This document shows, one piece after another, positions 63,601 through 64,000 of a stretch of 64,000 nt of DNA. The notes beneath the pieces are model-generated. The model saw only the letters and a list, made by a program, of their open reading frames with translations, was not told where the DNA came from and did no database searches. The DNA comes from Eledone cirrhosa (taxonomy: Eukaryota). Position numbers and translations under genes: made by a program. Within the stretch, counting starts at the first letter, position 1. Every line of letters starts with the position of its first letter. The stretch spans positions 173,910,001 through 173,974,000 of the forward strand of contig OZ024741.1 in the NCBI GenBank assembly GCA_964016885.1. The letters are read 5' to 3'.

Positions 63601-63880
63601 CTCGCAGAGGCACCTCTAAATCTTACCTCTTGCACGCAGCACACATCCATATGCCTTCTCTCCAGCATCTCTGCTATTTCACCAGATCTACGTGCGAGAG
63701 TGCCAACATTAAGTGTGGCAACCCTGAGGTGCGACGTCTTCATATTTTTGTTGTTCTTATATATATTTGTTGCTGTGCTCATAATTGTTTTGGCATTGAT
63801 ACACTGGTTGGATGCCCTTCCTAACACCAGTGCCACTTTACAGCATGGACTAGGTGCTTTTATTCGTGCCACCAGCACTA
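60647..63880 (-). mobile_element. Near full-length RTE LINE of a second family (APE-RT-PHD), two frameshifts
   Basis: MKTSHLRVATLNVGTL..CVQEVR..SAYAPQ..GDFNGH..IDFLL, VDLEKA, VHQGSVLSP, YADD, RRLRWYGHV, and a (GAT)n tail at ~60647-60677. Confidence 0.93.
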
Positions 63881-64000
63881 GAGAGGATGTCTTACTGGAC
63901 TCATGGACCCTCTCTACTCCTCCATTTTACAGCATGGTCATAACAAAAAAAAAAAACACCCTTATTGACACTTACGGCACACACACACACACTCACTCAC

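Overview
AT-rich animal genomic DNA, very dense in microsatellites and transposons; the repeat families suggest a coleoid cephalopod, probably an octopod (inference). Four + strand exons (19330-19432, 45104-45356, 45475-45692, 48526-48616) splice in phase into a protein resembling the N-terminal CH domain and coiled coil of SPEF2. Exon 1 was not found, and one intron is 25.7 kb. Most of the rest is mobile DNA. This includes several RTE LINEs whose reverse transcriptase carries an inserted C4HC3 (PHD-type) finger, Tx1/L1 LINEs sitting in microsatellites, and a near-complete Naiad-type Penelope-like element with pseudo-LTRs that each hold a minimal hammerhead ribozyme motif. There is also a decayed mariner inside a nest of MITEs, TTAA- and TA-flanked MITEs, tRNA-derived SINEs, and two satellites (43-bp and 29-bp units). 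The best leads are the Naiad hammerheads lying sense in the host intron, a ~185-bp foldback that may carry a decayed hammerhead on each strand, the PHD finger inside the RT, and the 29-bp satellite whose unexpanded parent element is visible elsewhere in the window. All family assignments are from motif recognition, not database searches.
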